Both the position numbers and the translations under genes were made by a program. Shown here one piece after another: positions 8,223 to 17,696 of a stretch of DNA of 50,205 nt; position 1 is the stretch's first letter, and each line of letters begins with the position of its first letter. The stretch lies in NCBI GenBank assembly GCA_964533715.1, contig CAZHNI010000003.1, forward strand, positions 32,170 through 82,374, written 5' to 3'. The DNA is from an uncultured Gammaproteobacteria bacterium (GTDB lineage: Bacteria > Patescibacteriota > Patescibacteriia > Magasanikbacterales > GWA2-37-8). Below the pieces are notes generated by a model. That model worked only from the letters and a program-made list of their open reading frames with translations, was not told the DNA's origin and ran no database searches.

Positions 8223-9338
8223 TTACTGACGAATCGGCATTATTATATACAAAAAACTCTTGTTCTTTTCTGGAACTAAAACACAGGGCGCTTCGTTATT
8301 TATTACTCGAAACTCAACTTTTTGATCACCAAGATGACTAAGGCCATCCAAAACATAACGATGGTTAAGGGCAATTTTATTTTCTTGCCCCTTAACGTCA
8401 GCTGGAAGCTCGGAGTGGTACTCACCGGTTTGAGTAGAAATTGAAGCCAAACTCACCGTTCCCGCATTGGGGTTTAGTTCAAACATTACCGCATTTACTC
8501 CACTGGTAGTAAACAAACCAGCCGCCTTTAATTCTTTTGCAAGATCTTCAACAACCAAGGTTGCCGTCGAATTACTCTCTTTGGGTATAATTTGGGTATA
8601 ATCAGGATACTCGCCCCCCACCAATCGAGATACTATCTTCGCTGTATCGTACACAAGGCCAATTTGCCCTTCCCCCACCAAAACACGCACTTGCGCACTC
8701 TTTTCAGCCTGAGCAGTGAGTGTGTGCAGCATCTCTTGGGCGGTTTTTCCTGGCACCACCACCCGACAATCCTTTGCCGCCTGAATGAGAGAAAGTTTCT
8801 TTTCTGCCAAACGATAGCTGTCGGTTGCCGCCAAAATCAACTGTTTTTCTTGAGAATTAAAATTAAACAAAACCCCCGCTAACTCTGGACGAATATCTGT
8901 TCGTGCCACTGCTGGCAAAACTTGGGACAACCCTTCAAAAAGCTCTTCTGCCCCCACCACAAAACCTACACCCTCATCAATCTCTGGAATAACCGGAAAC
9001 TCATCAGCAGGAGTTCCCTTTATTTTAGTAACTGTTTTATTGTTAGAAATAAGCAGCTCGTTTTCCTTTCTTTCTACTTCTATTTTCTCTGACGATAACA
9101 AACCAACAACATCACTAAGGGTTCGTCCGGGCACAGTAAAAGATCCCGCTGTATCCACCACCGCTCGAACCGAGACAGTCACGGCCAACTCAAGGTTGGT
9201 GGCGACAAAGTCAACTTTTTGTTCGCTCGCTCGTATGAGCACATTATTTAAAATTGGTAAATTTATATTTTTACTCACAGCTCCTACCGTCAAACTAAGA
9301 GCGGACACGGCGTTCTCTTTAGTACAAGTAAATTTCAT
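8223..9338 (-). CDS. dnaN: DNA polymerase III beta sliding clamp
   Basis: 371 aa, 'MKFTC.KE.L...L......V......PIL.N.L', position immediately downstream of dnaA, and a 'ATDSYRLA' block. Confidence 0.9.
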   Translation of the reverse strand: MKFTCTKENAVSALSLTVGAVSKNINLPILNNVLIRASEQKVDFVATNLELAVTVSVRAVVDTAGSFTVPGRTLSDVVGLLSSEKIEVERKENELLISNNKTVTKIKGTPADEFPVIPEIDEGVGFVVGAEELFEGLSQVLPAVARTDIRPELAGVLFNFNSQEKQLILAATDSYRLAEKKLSLIQAAKDCRVVVPGKTAQEMLHTLTAQAEKSAQVRVLVGEGQIGLVYDTAKIVSRLVGGEYPDYTQIIPKESNSTATLVVEDLAKELKAAGLFTTSGVNAVMFELNPNAGTVSLASISTQTGEYHSELPADVKGQENKIALNHRYVLDGLSHLGDQKVEFRVINNEAPCVLVPEKNKSFLYIIMPIRQ

Positions 9339-9591
9339 ATATATAAATATAATAGTAATAATAAGCGATGTGGACAGTGGGGAAAACCAAACTTCTCTTT
9401 TAAGTTAAGCCATAAATCGGTGTGGGCAAAAAGTAGGCAAAAAATATTTTTTAGTGAACAATCTGGGGAGAATTATTTCTTTTTAAGAAACCGAGTGTAA
9501 AGTTTGTGGATAAGAATAAACTGATCCACAACCATCTCCACAACAAATAAACAGATTTTATGCTTTTGTCCTCATCATTTACACAGCCTAT
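9339..9591. promoter_or_regulatory. dnaA-dnaN intergenic oriC-like region (AT-rich stretch plus DnaA boxes)
   Basis: AT-rich run at 9339-9367. Perfect box tgtggataa at 9505-9513. 1-mismatch boxes tgatccaca (9522-9530) and atctccaca (9534-9542). Confidence 0.6.
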
Positions 9592-10983
9592 CTACACATT
9601 ATTAACATACAACCGCTGTTTCAATAAGTCCAAATCTTGTCTGAGTTTTAAGTCGGCCTCAAGTTCGTGAACAATTTTTTCATGCGCATGCATGGCGGTA
9701 GTATGGTCGCGACCACCGAGCTCATCACCAATTGCAGGGTAACTCATCTTTAATTCTTCACGCATCAAAAACATAATAATTTGACGGGGTAAAGAAATCT
9801 TTTTTTCTCTATTTTTGCTCAAAATATCATCTAAACCAACTGAATAAAATTGCCCAACCACCTCAATAAGCTGGCGTGGAGTTAACGATTGGCGCGAAGA
9901 ATTGGAAGATGAAGTGTTAAGAAGGCTTTTAATTGAATCTGTGGTGGGGGTGGAATTTTTAAGTTGATGAAAAACAACTATTTTATTGAGGGCGCCTTCA
10001 AGTTCGCGAATATTGCTTTGAACTGTTGAGGCTATAGTTTGCAAAAGTTGGGCAGACAGAGGGAAATTCTTTTCTAGACACTTTCGTTCCAAAATTGCCA
10101 CCCGAGTTTCAAAATCAGGGGCCGAAACATCAGCAATCATGCCCCATTCGAAACGAGATTTTAGCCGATCCTCAAGGGCAGGAATAGCCTTGGGGGGCCG
10201 ATCAGAGGTTAAAATAACCTGTTTATTTTGTTGGTGAAGTTCGTTAAAAGTGTGAAAGAAAGATTCTTGGGTGCCCTCTTTTCCAGCAATAAACTGGATA
10301 TCGTCAATTAAGAGCAAATCTATGGTTCGATAACGACTTTGAAAGTCCTTGGCAGTTTTTTCTTTAATTGATGAGATAAAGTCATTCGAGAACTTTTCGG
10401 CACTCACATACATAATATGAATATTTGGGTTTCGTTTGCGAAGTTCATTGCCCACCGCCTGAATAAGGTGGGTCTTACCAAGACCAACCCCGCCATATAT
10501 AAAAAGGGGGTTATAAGCTTCCCCGGGGCGCGCTACCACCGCTTGTGCGGCTGCATAGGCCAGTTCGCTGGTCTTACCTACCACAAAGCTGTCAAAAGTA
10601 TATTTAGGGTTAAGCACAAAGCCACCACCCTCTAGGTTGGTGGCAGGTCCACGGAAAGAAGGCTCGGTTTGCTCGGAAAAAGAAGGTTGGGGGGAAGAAA
10701 AGGATAAGTTTGTTTGATTTTCAGAAATATTTTTGAGCTGCTCAATTTTATATTCAAGCTTACGAATTGGCTTGCCGGTAATTCGTTCTAAAGATTTTAT
10801 AATTAGTTGGTGATATTTTTTTTCTAGCCAGGCGCGCGTAAAAGCGTTTGGCACACACAAAAGCACCTGGCCATCTTGAAAAGAAATGATGCCGGTATTT
10901 TTAAACCAAGTAACAAAATTAGCTTTTGAAATTGTTAATTCCAGTTCGGCTAAAACTGCCTGCCAGGTCTCTGTATTTGTCAT
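9592..10983 (-). CDS. dnaA: Chromosomal replication initiator protein DnaA
   Basis: Walker A 'GGVGLGKTHL', 'LLIDDIQF', sensor 'NIRELEGAL', and C-terminal DNA-binding 'GGRDHTTAMHA'. Confidence 0.95.
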   Translation of the reverse strand: MTNTETWQAVLAELELTISKANFVTWFKNTGIISFQDGQVLLCVPNAFTRAWLEKKYHQLIIKSLERITGKPIRKLEYKIEQLKNISENQTNLSFSSPQPSFSEQTEPSFRGPATNLEGGGFVLNPKYTFDSFVVGKTSELAYAAAQAVVARPGEAYNPLFIYGGVGLGKTHLIQAVGNELRKRNPNIHIMYVSAEKFSNDFISSIKEKTAKDFQSRYRTIDLLLIDDIQFIAGKEGTQESFFHTFNELHQQNKQVILTSDRPPKAIPALEDRLKSRFEWGMIADVSAPDFETRVAILERKCLEKNFPLSAQLLQTIASTVQSNIRELEGALNKIVVFHQLKNSTPTTDSIKSLLNTSSSNSSRQSLTPRQLIEVVGQFYSVGLDDILSKNREKKISLPRQIIMFLMREELKMSYPAIGDELGGRDHTTAMHAHEKIVHELEADLKLRQDLDLLKQRLYVNNV

Positions 10984-11070
10984 AGTTTGGAAGATAGTTA
11001 TGAAGTTCGGTCATTGTAACACACAAGCAAAAATAGGGCCAAGTGCCAAAAATAGGGGTGGGGGAAAAAG

Positions 11071-11091
11071 TGTGGATAAGGTGTGGAAAAG
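11071..11091. promoter_or_regulatory. DnaA boxes upstream of dnaA, in the dnaA/rpmH divergent region
   Basis: Perfect tgtggataa at 11071-11079 and tgtggaaaa at 11083-11091. Confidence 0.55.
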
Positions 11092-11207
11092 TTGGATTGT
11101 GCCACCGAACGTGTCCGCGTACGGAGGCTGCTGGAAGCAAACCTTGACAGTAGCCACCAAAATAAGGTATTATTTACCAATCAATTAATAATCAAGCAAT
11201 CTTTTGT

Positions 11208-11387
11208 ATGGCAACAAAACGAACCTATCAACCAAAAAAACGGAAACGCGCCAAATCACACGGATTTATGGCACGAATGAGTACTAAAAATGGGCGTACC
11301 GTACTCGCTCGTCGCCGAGCCAAGGGCCGAAAAAAACTGACTGTCTCCGACGAAATAAAAGGTAAGTTGCGTCGATTTAAGTCATAG
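11208..11387 (+). CDS. rpmH: 50S ribosomal protein L34 (not in the ORF track; 59 aa)
   Basis: Manual translation gives [46 protein letters not shown]..., a classic L34 sequence in the classic position divergent from dnaA. Confidence 0.9.
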   Translation: MATKRTYQPKKRKRAKSHGFMARMSTKNGRTVLARRRAKGRKKLTVSDEIKGKLRRFKS

Positions 11388-11401
11388 TATAAAAAATTTT
11401 T

Positions 11402-11430
11402 ACCACCCGCAAAGTTTGCGGGTGGTTTTT
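11402..11430 (+). terminator. Rho-independent terminator after rpmH
   Basis: Stem accacccgc/gcgggtggt followed by TTTTT. Confidence 0.6.
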
Positions 11431-11519
11431 GTTTAGTGTAAGATATGCCTTGGAGTACGCAAGACCGTAAGCCGCCAAATCAAAAACATTTCACATTCCA
11501 ATTCCTACGTTATTTTGCT

Positions 11520-11912
11520 ATGTTACAATCAGCCAATCGCCTCACCAAGGTCAGAGACTTTAATTTGCTTCTAAAATATGGCCGTTGGGTCAATGGCATC
11601 TTTTTAGATTTAAAATATCTAGAATTAGCCAAAATTCAAAATTATTTTCCCAAAAAAGAAGATCCAGAAAATTTTAAAAAACAGCTAAAGTTAGCCATTA
11701 TTGTAGGGCTAAAAATCTCTAAAAGCGCCGTTAGGCGCAATCGTGTCAAGCGGCAAATGCGGGAAGTTGTTAGGCTAATTCTCAAAGACCAGCTTATTAG
11801 ACCAGGCCGTTACATGATGCTAATAGCTAAAAAAGGCATACTCGAAAAAAATTATGCTGAAATTAGCCAAGAAATTAAATTATTATTAAAAAGAAGTGGA
11901 GCCTTACTGTAA
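11520..11912 (+). CDS. rnpA: Ribonuclease P protein component
   Basis: Follows rpmH. 'LKISKSAVRRNRVKRQMRE' is the RNR-motif region of RnpA. I chose the start at ATG 11520 (MLQSANRL). The stop TAA lies in the left terminus of a repeat element. Confidence 0.85.
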   Translation: MLQSANRLTKVRDFNLLLKYGRWVNGIFLDLKYLELAKIQNYFPKKEDPENFKKQLKLAIIVGLKISKSAVRRNRVKRQMREVVRLILKDQLIRPGRYMMLIAKKGILEKNYAEISQEIKLLLKRSGALL

Positions 11913-11995
11913 TTCTGAGCGCAGCAAAGGATCTGTGTCCGGGTACCAAGTGAGACAGAGTTTCTTCACCACGCTCTGCTTCGTTCAGAATGACA
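11908..11995. repeat. MITE-like palindromic element between rnpA and yidD
   Basis: 'tgtaattctgagcgcagcaaagga' ... 'gctctgcttcgttcagaatgaca'. The termini are inverted repeats of each other. Confidence 0.7.
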
Positions 11996-12002
11996 ACTAT
12001 AT

Positions 12003-12263
12003 ATGAAATTGCTAAAATTTCTCTTATCTTTGCCAAAAAAAGGAATTATTTTTTTAATTTCAATTTATCAAAAAACAATTTCCCCCGACCACGGTCTGTT
12101 TAAAAAACGTTTTCCGTACGGTTACTGCCGGTTTTACCCAACGTGTAGTGAATATGGCCGACAAGTAATACAAAAAAAAGGAATCCTAATTGGAATTCCT
12201 TTAACATTGTGGAGAATTATAAGATGTAATCCGTGGAGTAAGGGCGGCATTGACGCCGCCTGA
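12003..12263 (+). CDS. yidD: Membrane protein insertion efficiency factor YidD
   Basis: 'CRFYPTCSEYG' and 'RCNPWSKGGIDA' motifs, positioned after rnpA. Confidence 0.9.
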   Translation: MKLLKFLLSLPKKGIIFLISIYQKTISPDHGLFKKRFPYGYCRFYPTCSEYGRQVIQKKGILIGIPLTLWRIIRCNPWSKGGIDAA

Positions 12264-12341
12264 AACTAGAAATTGGAAATTAGAAACTAGGGAGACTATT
12301 GAAATTATCGTTTCACCCTAATTTCCAGTTTCGAATTTCTA
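12264..12341. terminator. Long imperfect hairpin built from heptad-periodic words between convergent genes
   Basis: Left arm 'tagaaattggaaattagaaactag' against the reverse complement of the right arm 'tagaaattcgaaactggaaattag' (20/24 match). Confidence 0.45.
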
Positions 12342-12345
12342 ATCA

Positions 12346-12564
12346 TCAAATTATTTCAACAACCTTTTTCTTTCCCCTCTCTCCCTTCACAATCTGAATC
12401 TTGCTTTTACTCACGCCAAAATACTCGCTCAACAGTTTAATTAAAGTTTCATTTGCTTTCCCATCAACTGGCACAGCCGTTAACTTGACTTTAAAAAGAT
12501 CACCCCCCAGCGGGATGACTGTATTTTGAGAAGAGCGGGGAACAACTTGAACAGAGATTCGCAT
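12346..12564 (-). CDS. DUF167 (YggU/UPF0235) family protein
   Basis: 'VKLTAVPVDGKANETLIKLLSEYFGVSKSKIQIVKGERGKKKVV' is the typical DUF167 core. Confidence 0.8.
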   Translation of the reverse strand: MRISVQVVPRSSQNTVIPLGGDLFKVKLTAVPVDGKANETLIKLLSEYFGVSKSKIQIVKGERGKKKVVEII

Positions 12565-12582
12565 AGCAAACCAAATAATATA

Positions 12583-12972
12583 TTAAGCAGCCAATGAACG
12601 CATATCTTCCTCTTGGCTTCTTTCGGCGGCGCCTTCTACATAAAGAATTTTTCCTCTTCTGTCGGTAGTCACCTTTGCTTTGTCCGAACCTTCTTCACAC
12701 CAATCAATATGGGCACTTGGGTCAGAAGGTTTTAAGACTCTAAAATCTTCAGAAACAGATGGCTTTAGAATTCCAAACCTTTCAGAATAAAGACGGATAT
12801 CTTCTAGTTTAGACAAAGAAAGAGCCGCGGCCAGATCGGGCGGAGTCGCCCCTATCACAAAGTTTTTATTTATTTCAATAGCTGTTCCACCCTTTAAATC
12901 AATTCTTGCCACCAAATCAGCCGAACTCGGAGAATTTTCACGATAAGGATATGGAAGCATATTAATAAGCAA
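12583..12972 (-). CDS. Hypothetical protein
   Basis: 129-aa ORF in an operon-like position after nfo. No motif recognised. Confidence 0.45.
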   Translation of the reverse strand: MLINMLPYPYRENSPSSADLVARIDLKGGTAIEINKNFVIGATPPDLAAALSLSKLEDIRLYSERFGILKPSVSEDFRVLKPSDPSAHIDWCEEGSDKAKVTTDRRGKILYVEGAAERSQEEDMRSLAA

Positions 12973-12976
12973 AATC

Positions 12977-13825
12977 CTAACGAAAAAATGTTTTGGGCCG
13001 CAGCACTTTTAGAGTTTTTAGGTCTTCTTTAATTTTATCATGTTCTGTTTCTAAAACAAAGTTTTTGTTTTTTAAGCGTTTATCCGCCAGTAAAGCCGCA
13101 AACCCGGCTCGGCCAATATAGCCCTCGCCGATGTGCTCGTGGCGGTCTTTGTGACTGTTAAATTCCACCTTGGAATCGTTGCAGTGAAACATTTTTAATC
13201 GCTCTAATCCAATGGCGGCGTCAAATCTATCAAGCGTCTCTTTGACTGCTTTGGGTGAGCGCAAATTATAGCCGCTGGCGAAAGCATGCTGGGTATCAAA
13301 ACAAACCCCGATAGAATATTTTTTAAGTTTGGGGTGATGGATAATTTCTGCGATATATTCAAAAGTATGACCAATCACTTCGCCAGCTCCGGCGGCAATT
13401 TCAATTAAAAATTGTGTCGTCCCTGTGTAACCTTTTAACACTGCGGCCAAGCCCTCCACTACTTGCGGAAAGCCTTTTTCTTTTCCTAGATCTTTATAAC
13501 TGCCCAGATGTGCCATTACATACTTTGCTTCCAAAAGAGACCCGCGTTCCAATTCTTGTCGCACCACCGAAACCGAGCCGAAACGGATGCGGTTGTTCGC
13601 CGAGGCAAAATTAATAAAATATGGGCAATGTATATACCACTCCCGCTGTCCGGTCAATTCACAGTTTTTTTTAAACATTTCTACAACCTCTTCTGTAAGT
13701 TCCGGAAAATGCCCGCCCTGCGGTGAACGGGTAAACATCTGAAAAACCTCACAGCCAAGCGAGGCTGCGTTTAAGGGGGCATTAAAAATTCCGCCGGCGA
13801 TAGAGACGTGCGCGCCGAAGAGCAT
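12977..13825 (-). CDS. nfo: Endonuclease IV (AP endonuclease, TIM barrel)
   Basis: 'FGAHVSIAGG', 'HLGS' and 'CFDTQHAFASGY' metal-ligand blocks. Confidence 0.9.
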   Translation of the reverse strand: MLFGAHVSIAGGIFNAPLNAASLGCEVFQMFTRSPQGGHFPELTEEVVEMFKKNCELTGQREWYIHCPYFINFASANNRIRFGSVSVVRQELERGSLLEAKYVMAHLGSYKDLGKEKGFPQVVEGLAAVLKGYTGTTQFLIEIAAGAGEVIGHTFEYIAEIIHHPKLKKYSIGVCFDTQHAFASGYNLRSPKAVKETLDRFDAAIGLERLKMFHCNDSKVEFNSHKDRHEHIGEGYIGRAGFAALLADKRLKNKNFVLETEHDKIKEDLKTLKVLRPKTFFR

Positions 13826-13897
13826 ATTTAAAAATAAAAAATCAAAAAAATCAGTCGTCTTGTTTAGTTAGAAATTAAGAAGAGAGGTTCCGCCTAT

Positions 13898-14173
13898 TTA
13901 ATTCTTAATCTCAAACAAATCTTTAAATTCTTTCGGAGTAAGGGTTTTAAAAGACCCACGAGCCGTTTTTAGGTGTACTGCGGGAATAGGCTCGTCAGAA
14001 TTACCTTGTAAGTTTGCCAGAAAAAAATATTCTATTGTCCACTGGGAACCGTCAACGGCTGTTAACTGGTGCCCAACCTCAAAACTAGGAGGAAAGGCAG
14101 CCTTGGCTACATACGACTCCATAGCCGCCGCAGCTTCACGTTGAGCCTCAGGATTTTCTGAAAGTTTGGCCAT
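13898..14173 (-). CDS. Hypothetical small protein
   Basis: 91-aa ORF downstream of tig. No motif recognised. Confidence 0.4.
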   Translation of the reverse strand: MAKLSENPEAQREAAAAMESYVAKAAFPPSFEVGHQLTAVDGSQWTIEYFFLANLQGNSDEPIPAVHLKTARGSFKTLTPKEFKDLFEIKN

Positions 14174-14182
14174 ATGAATAAA

Positions 14183-15481
14183 TTATTTTTTGTCTGTATA
14201 AGTGCCAAGAATTTTTTGTTTGAGCAGTGCCACCACCTTCTTATTTTGAATGGTAGCGGCAATTGTGTCAATTACCTCTGGGCGCTTCAAGTTTTCTTCT
14301 ACAGTTTTATCCCCCGGGTAAGTTTGACGTATAGAGGCAATCTCTTTATCTAGATCTTCTTTCTCAACTTTGATATTATTATCCATTGCCACCTGGCGAG
14401 AAATTAAAGCGGCTTTGGCACGCTTGGTTGCATTCTCAGTAAAGTCGGCATAAATTTCTTCTTCCGTTTTTTTGAGGTCAGCTAAATATTTATCGATAGT
14501 AATGCCCTGGCGATCCAAACTGGCCTTGAGTTCATAAAACATTTTACGTTTTTCCGCGTCAATTAAAACATCAGGAATTTCTTCAAAGGTGCTTTTAGTA
14601 ATCATTTCTTCCAGCAAGGCAATTTCTACTCGCTCATCTTCTTTTCGCTCCGCCTCAACCGAAAGATTGGTAAGGAGGAGCTCTTTTAGTTTTTGGATAC
14701 TTTCTTGGCCTAGGTTTTTAGCGAAAGCATCATCAAGCTCTGGGTACTCCAGCATAAAAACGTCGTTCACTTTTACTTTGATATCGACATCTTTGTTAGC
14801 CAGGTGTTTTTGATAATGATCTTTAGGAAAGGTAAGGGTAAACTGTTTTTCGTCATCTTTTTTAAGGCCAACCAATTGTTCGGCAAAGCCGGGGATATAG
14901 TGTGGTTCGCTTAAATACACTTGGTGTTTATCGGCCTGCCCGCCCTCAACCGGAACGTTATCAATAAACATTTCCATTTTTACTACAACCTTATCATCTT
15001 TTGTGGCGGCTCCGTTTTTTAAAACCTCTTTAGGTTGCATTTTGCGTAAATTTTCAAGAGTATCTCCTATCTCTTTATCTCCTATCTCTGCCTTCTTTTT
15101 TTCTACTTTTATATTTTTATAATCCGCTAACGTTACTTTCGGCAGTAATGCCACCGTAGCCTTATATACTAGCTCATTTCCTGGTGCCATTTTTTCAACA
15201 CTAATTTTTGGAGTGCCGACCGCATCTAATTTTTCATCTTTAACAATGGAAAAGTAGGTATGTTGTACAATTTTCTCCAAGGCCTCTTCCAATATTTTAA
15301 TTTCACCAAGTTGCTGTTTTACCATTTCGTAGGGGGCCTTGCCCGGGCGAAAACCCTTGATGGCCGCGCGCTCTGAAAGACGAATTGCGGCCGCCTCAAG
15401 TTCTTTTTTGTAATCTTCTGGCAGAATGGTGACGGTAATTTCTACCTGAGATTTGCCTAATTTTTTAAGTTCGTATTTCAT
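14183..15481 (-). CDS. tig: Trigger factor
   Basis: N-terminal ribosome-binding 'GFRPGKAP', a central FKBP-like region and a helical C-terminal arm. I chose the start at ATG 15481 (MKYELKKLG). Contains a 15-nt in-frame tandem duplication at 15061-15090 (EIGDK/EIGDT). Confidence 0.85.
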   Translation of the reverse strand: MKYELKKLGKSQVEITVTILPEDYKKELEAAAIRLSERAAIKGFRPGKAPYEMVKQQLGEIKILEEALEKIVQHTYFSIVKDEKLDAVGTPKISVEKMAPGNELVYKATVALLPKVTLADYKNIKVEKKKAEIGDKEIGDTLENLRKMQPKEVLKNGAATKDDKVVVKMEMFIDNVPVEGGQADKHQVYLSEPHYIPGFAEQLVGLKKDDEKQFTLTFPKDHYQKHLANKDVDIKVKVNDVFMLEYPELDDAFAKNLGQESIQKLKELLLTNLSVEAERKEDERVEIALLEEMITKSTFEEIPDVLIDAEKRKMFYELKASLDRQGITIDKYLADLKKTEEEIYADFTENATKRAKAALISRQVAMDNNIKVEKEDLDKEIASIRQTYPGDKTVEENLKRPEVIDTIAATIQNKKVVALLKQKILGTYTDKK

Positions 15482-15602
15482 AAAGACATTTAATAACAAA
15501 AGTATCGAAATTTTAGCGAAAAAATTAGAGATTGTCAACCTTGGGGAAGCGATGGTAAATAAAAAACCAGCCAGAGAATGGCCGGCTTTTTTACTTTATT
15601 TT

Positions 15603-17606
15603 CTATCTAACCAGAAGCCCAACAATCAAAAGCGCTACGATATTAGCCACCTTAATCATTGGGTTAATAGCTGGCCCCGCGGTATCTTTATAGGGGTCAC
15701 CAACGGTATCACCAGTTACCGCGGCTTTGTGAGCGTCAGAGCCCTTGCCGCCATAATTTCCTTTTTCAATAAATTTTTTAGCATTATCCCAAGCCGCTCC
15801 GCCGGTGGTCATAGAAATGGCCACAAAAAGGCCGGTAACAATTGTTCCAACCAAGAGGCCGCCAAGCGCCTCAATGCCCAAAATCCAGCCAACCGCAATT
15901 GGTACAACAATAGGCAGTAGCGATGGAATAATCATTTGGCGAATGGCATCTTTTGTAACAATATCAGAGCAAGCAGCATAATCTGGCTTAGCACTGCCTT
16001 CCATAATGCCAACAATTTCTTTAAATTGACGACGCACTTCTTCCACAACTTTTCCAGCCACCTTTCCAACTGATTCCATAAGCATGGCGCCAAAAAAGTA
16101 TGGCAAAAGTCCACCGATGAAAAGACCGGCTAAAACTTTTGGATTATTGATAACAAATTCAACTGAAGCCGGCAGCTTGTGGGTAAAATCGGCAAACAAA
16201 ACAAGCGAGGCCAGGCCAGCGCTGGCAATAGCGTATCCTTTAGTAACAGCTTTGGTGGTATTGCCAACTGCGTCCAGAGGATCCGTAACAGCGCGGACGC
16301 TCTCAGGAAGTTCTGCCATCTCAGCAATTCCGCCCGCATTATCGGTAATTGGGCCGTACGCATCAATGGTAACCACAATTCCAGTTAAAGAAAGCATGGC
16401 CACAGCCGCAATTGCTACACCATATAACCCTGCCAGCCAGTAGGACGACAACATGGCAAGCACGATAAAAATAACCGGCCAGGCAGTTGAGCGCATGGAG
16501 GCAGCCAGACCAGCAATAACGTTTGTGCCGTGTCCAGTTACACTTGCCTTGGCAATATTTTGTACAGGTTTAAATTTGGTAGAAGTGTAATAATCGGTGA
16601 GAAGAACCATTATGCCGGTAAGGAGCAGGCCTACAACAGCAGTCAAATAAATATTAATTACTGAGTAACCAGCGAGGCCAGCCATAAGCCAAGCAGTAAT
16701 TGGGTAAAAGCCAATTAGGGCAATTATCCCTGCGGCTACGAGACCTTTGTAGAGGGCGCCCATAACGTTCTGACTTTTTCCAAGGCGGATAAAAAATCCG
16801 CCAACAATTGAGGCAAACAGAGAAAGACCACCGAGCACCAAAGGAAATACCACCACACGATCGTTGCCAGGAAAAAGCAAGCTACCAAGTACCATGGCAG
16901 CAATAAGCGTAATAGCGTAAGTTTCAAAAAGATCAGCAGCCATCCCAGCACAGTCACCAACGTTGTCACCAACGTTATCGGCAATAACAGCTGGGTTGCG
17001 CGGGTCATCTTCGGGGATTCCTTTTTCAACTTTACCCACCAAATCAGCCCCAACATCAGCTGCCTTAGTAAAAATACCCCCGCCAATACGGGCAAAAACC
17101 GAAATAAGACTGCCACCAAAGCCCAAACCAATTAAAGCAGCTAAATCTCTTCCGGTAACTAGATAAAAACTGGCTACACTCAAAAGACCAAGACCGGCCA
17201 CAAGGAGCCCTGTAACCGAACCCCCGCGTACCGCTAAGTTAAGGGCTGGAACAAAGCCCTGTTTGGCTGCTTCAGCCGTTCGTACGTTGGCGCGAACCGA
17301 AATACTCATGCCAATGGTTCCTGCCATGCCAGAACATAGCGCTCCTACCAAAAACCCGAGCGCCGTAACCCAATCTATAAAAATACCAAGTAAAATAAAC
17401 ACTATTACAGCAACCAGTGCAATTGTTTTATATTGTCGTTTTAAATAGGCAGTAGCCCCCTGTTGAATGGCGCGGGCAATTGCCTGCATTCGATCGTCGC
17501 CAGATGGTTGTTTAATGACCCAGCGAATAAGATAGCCACCATAAAGGATGGTAACAGCGGCTGGAACCAAAGCAAAAAGCGCAATGGTTAGCGTACTATT
17601 GAGCAT
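15603..17606 (-). CDS. hppA: Membrane-bound proton/sodium-translocating pyrophosphatase
   Basis: 667 aa and polytopic, with '[20 protein letters not shown]', 'DNVGDNVGD' and '[18 protein letters not shown]' signatures. Confidence 0.95.
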   Translation of the reverse strand: MLNSTLTIALFALVPAAVTILYGGYLIRWVIKQPSGDDRMQAIARAIQQGATAYLKRQYKTIALVAVIVFILLGIFIDWVTALGFLVGALCSGMAGTIGMSISVRANVRTAEAAKQGFVPALNLAVRGGSVTGLLVAGLGLLSVASFYLVTGRDLAALIGLGFGGSLISVFARIGGGIFTKAADVGADLVGKVEKGIPEDDPRNPAVIADNVGDNVGDCAGMAADLFETYAITLIAAMVLGSLLFPGNDRVVVFPLVLGGLSLFASIVGGFFIRLGKSQNVMGALYKGLVAAGIIALIGFYPITAWLMAGLAGYSVINIYLTAVVGLLLTGIMVLLTDYYTSTKFKPVQNIAKASVTGHGTNVIAGLAASMRSTAWPVIFIVLAMLSSYWLAGLYGVAIAAVAMLSLTGIVVTIDAYGPITDNAGGIAEMAELPESVRAVTDPLDAVGNTTKAVTKGYAIASAGLASLVLFADFTHKLPASVEFVINNPKVLAGLFIGGLLPYFFGAMLMESVGKVAGKVVEEVRRQFKEIVGIMEGSAKPDYAACSDIVTKDAIRQMIIPSLLPIVVPIAVGWILGIEALGGLLVGTIVTGLFVAISMTTGGAAWDNAKKFIEKGNYGGKGSDAHKAAVTGDTVGDPYKDTAGPAINPMIKVANIVALLIVGLLVR

Positions 17607-17696
17607 ATTAAGCTGCGTTAAGAGTTAAATCATTTGTCTCTCTCCATTGATTCGGGAGCTATTGTATGGTAAACTGACAGCCGAGTCAAGTTGTTT

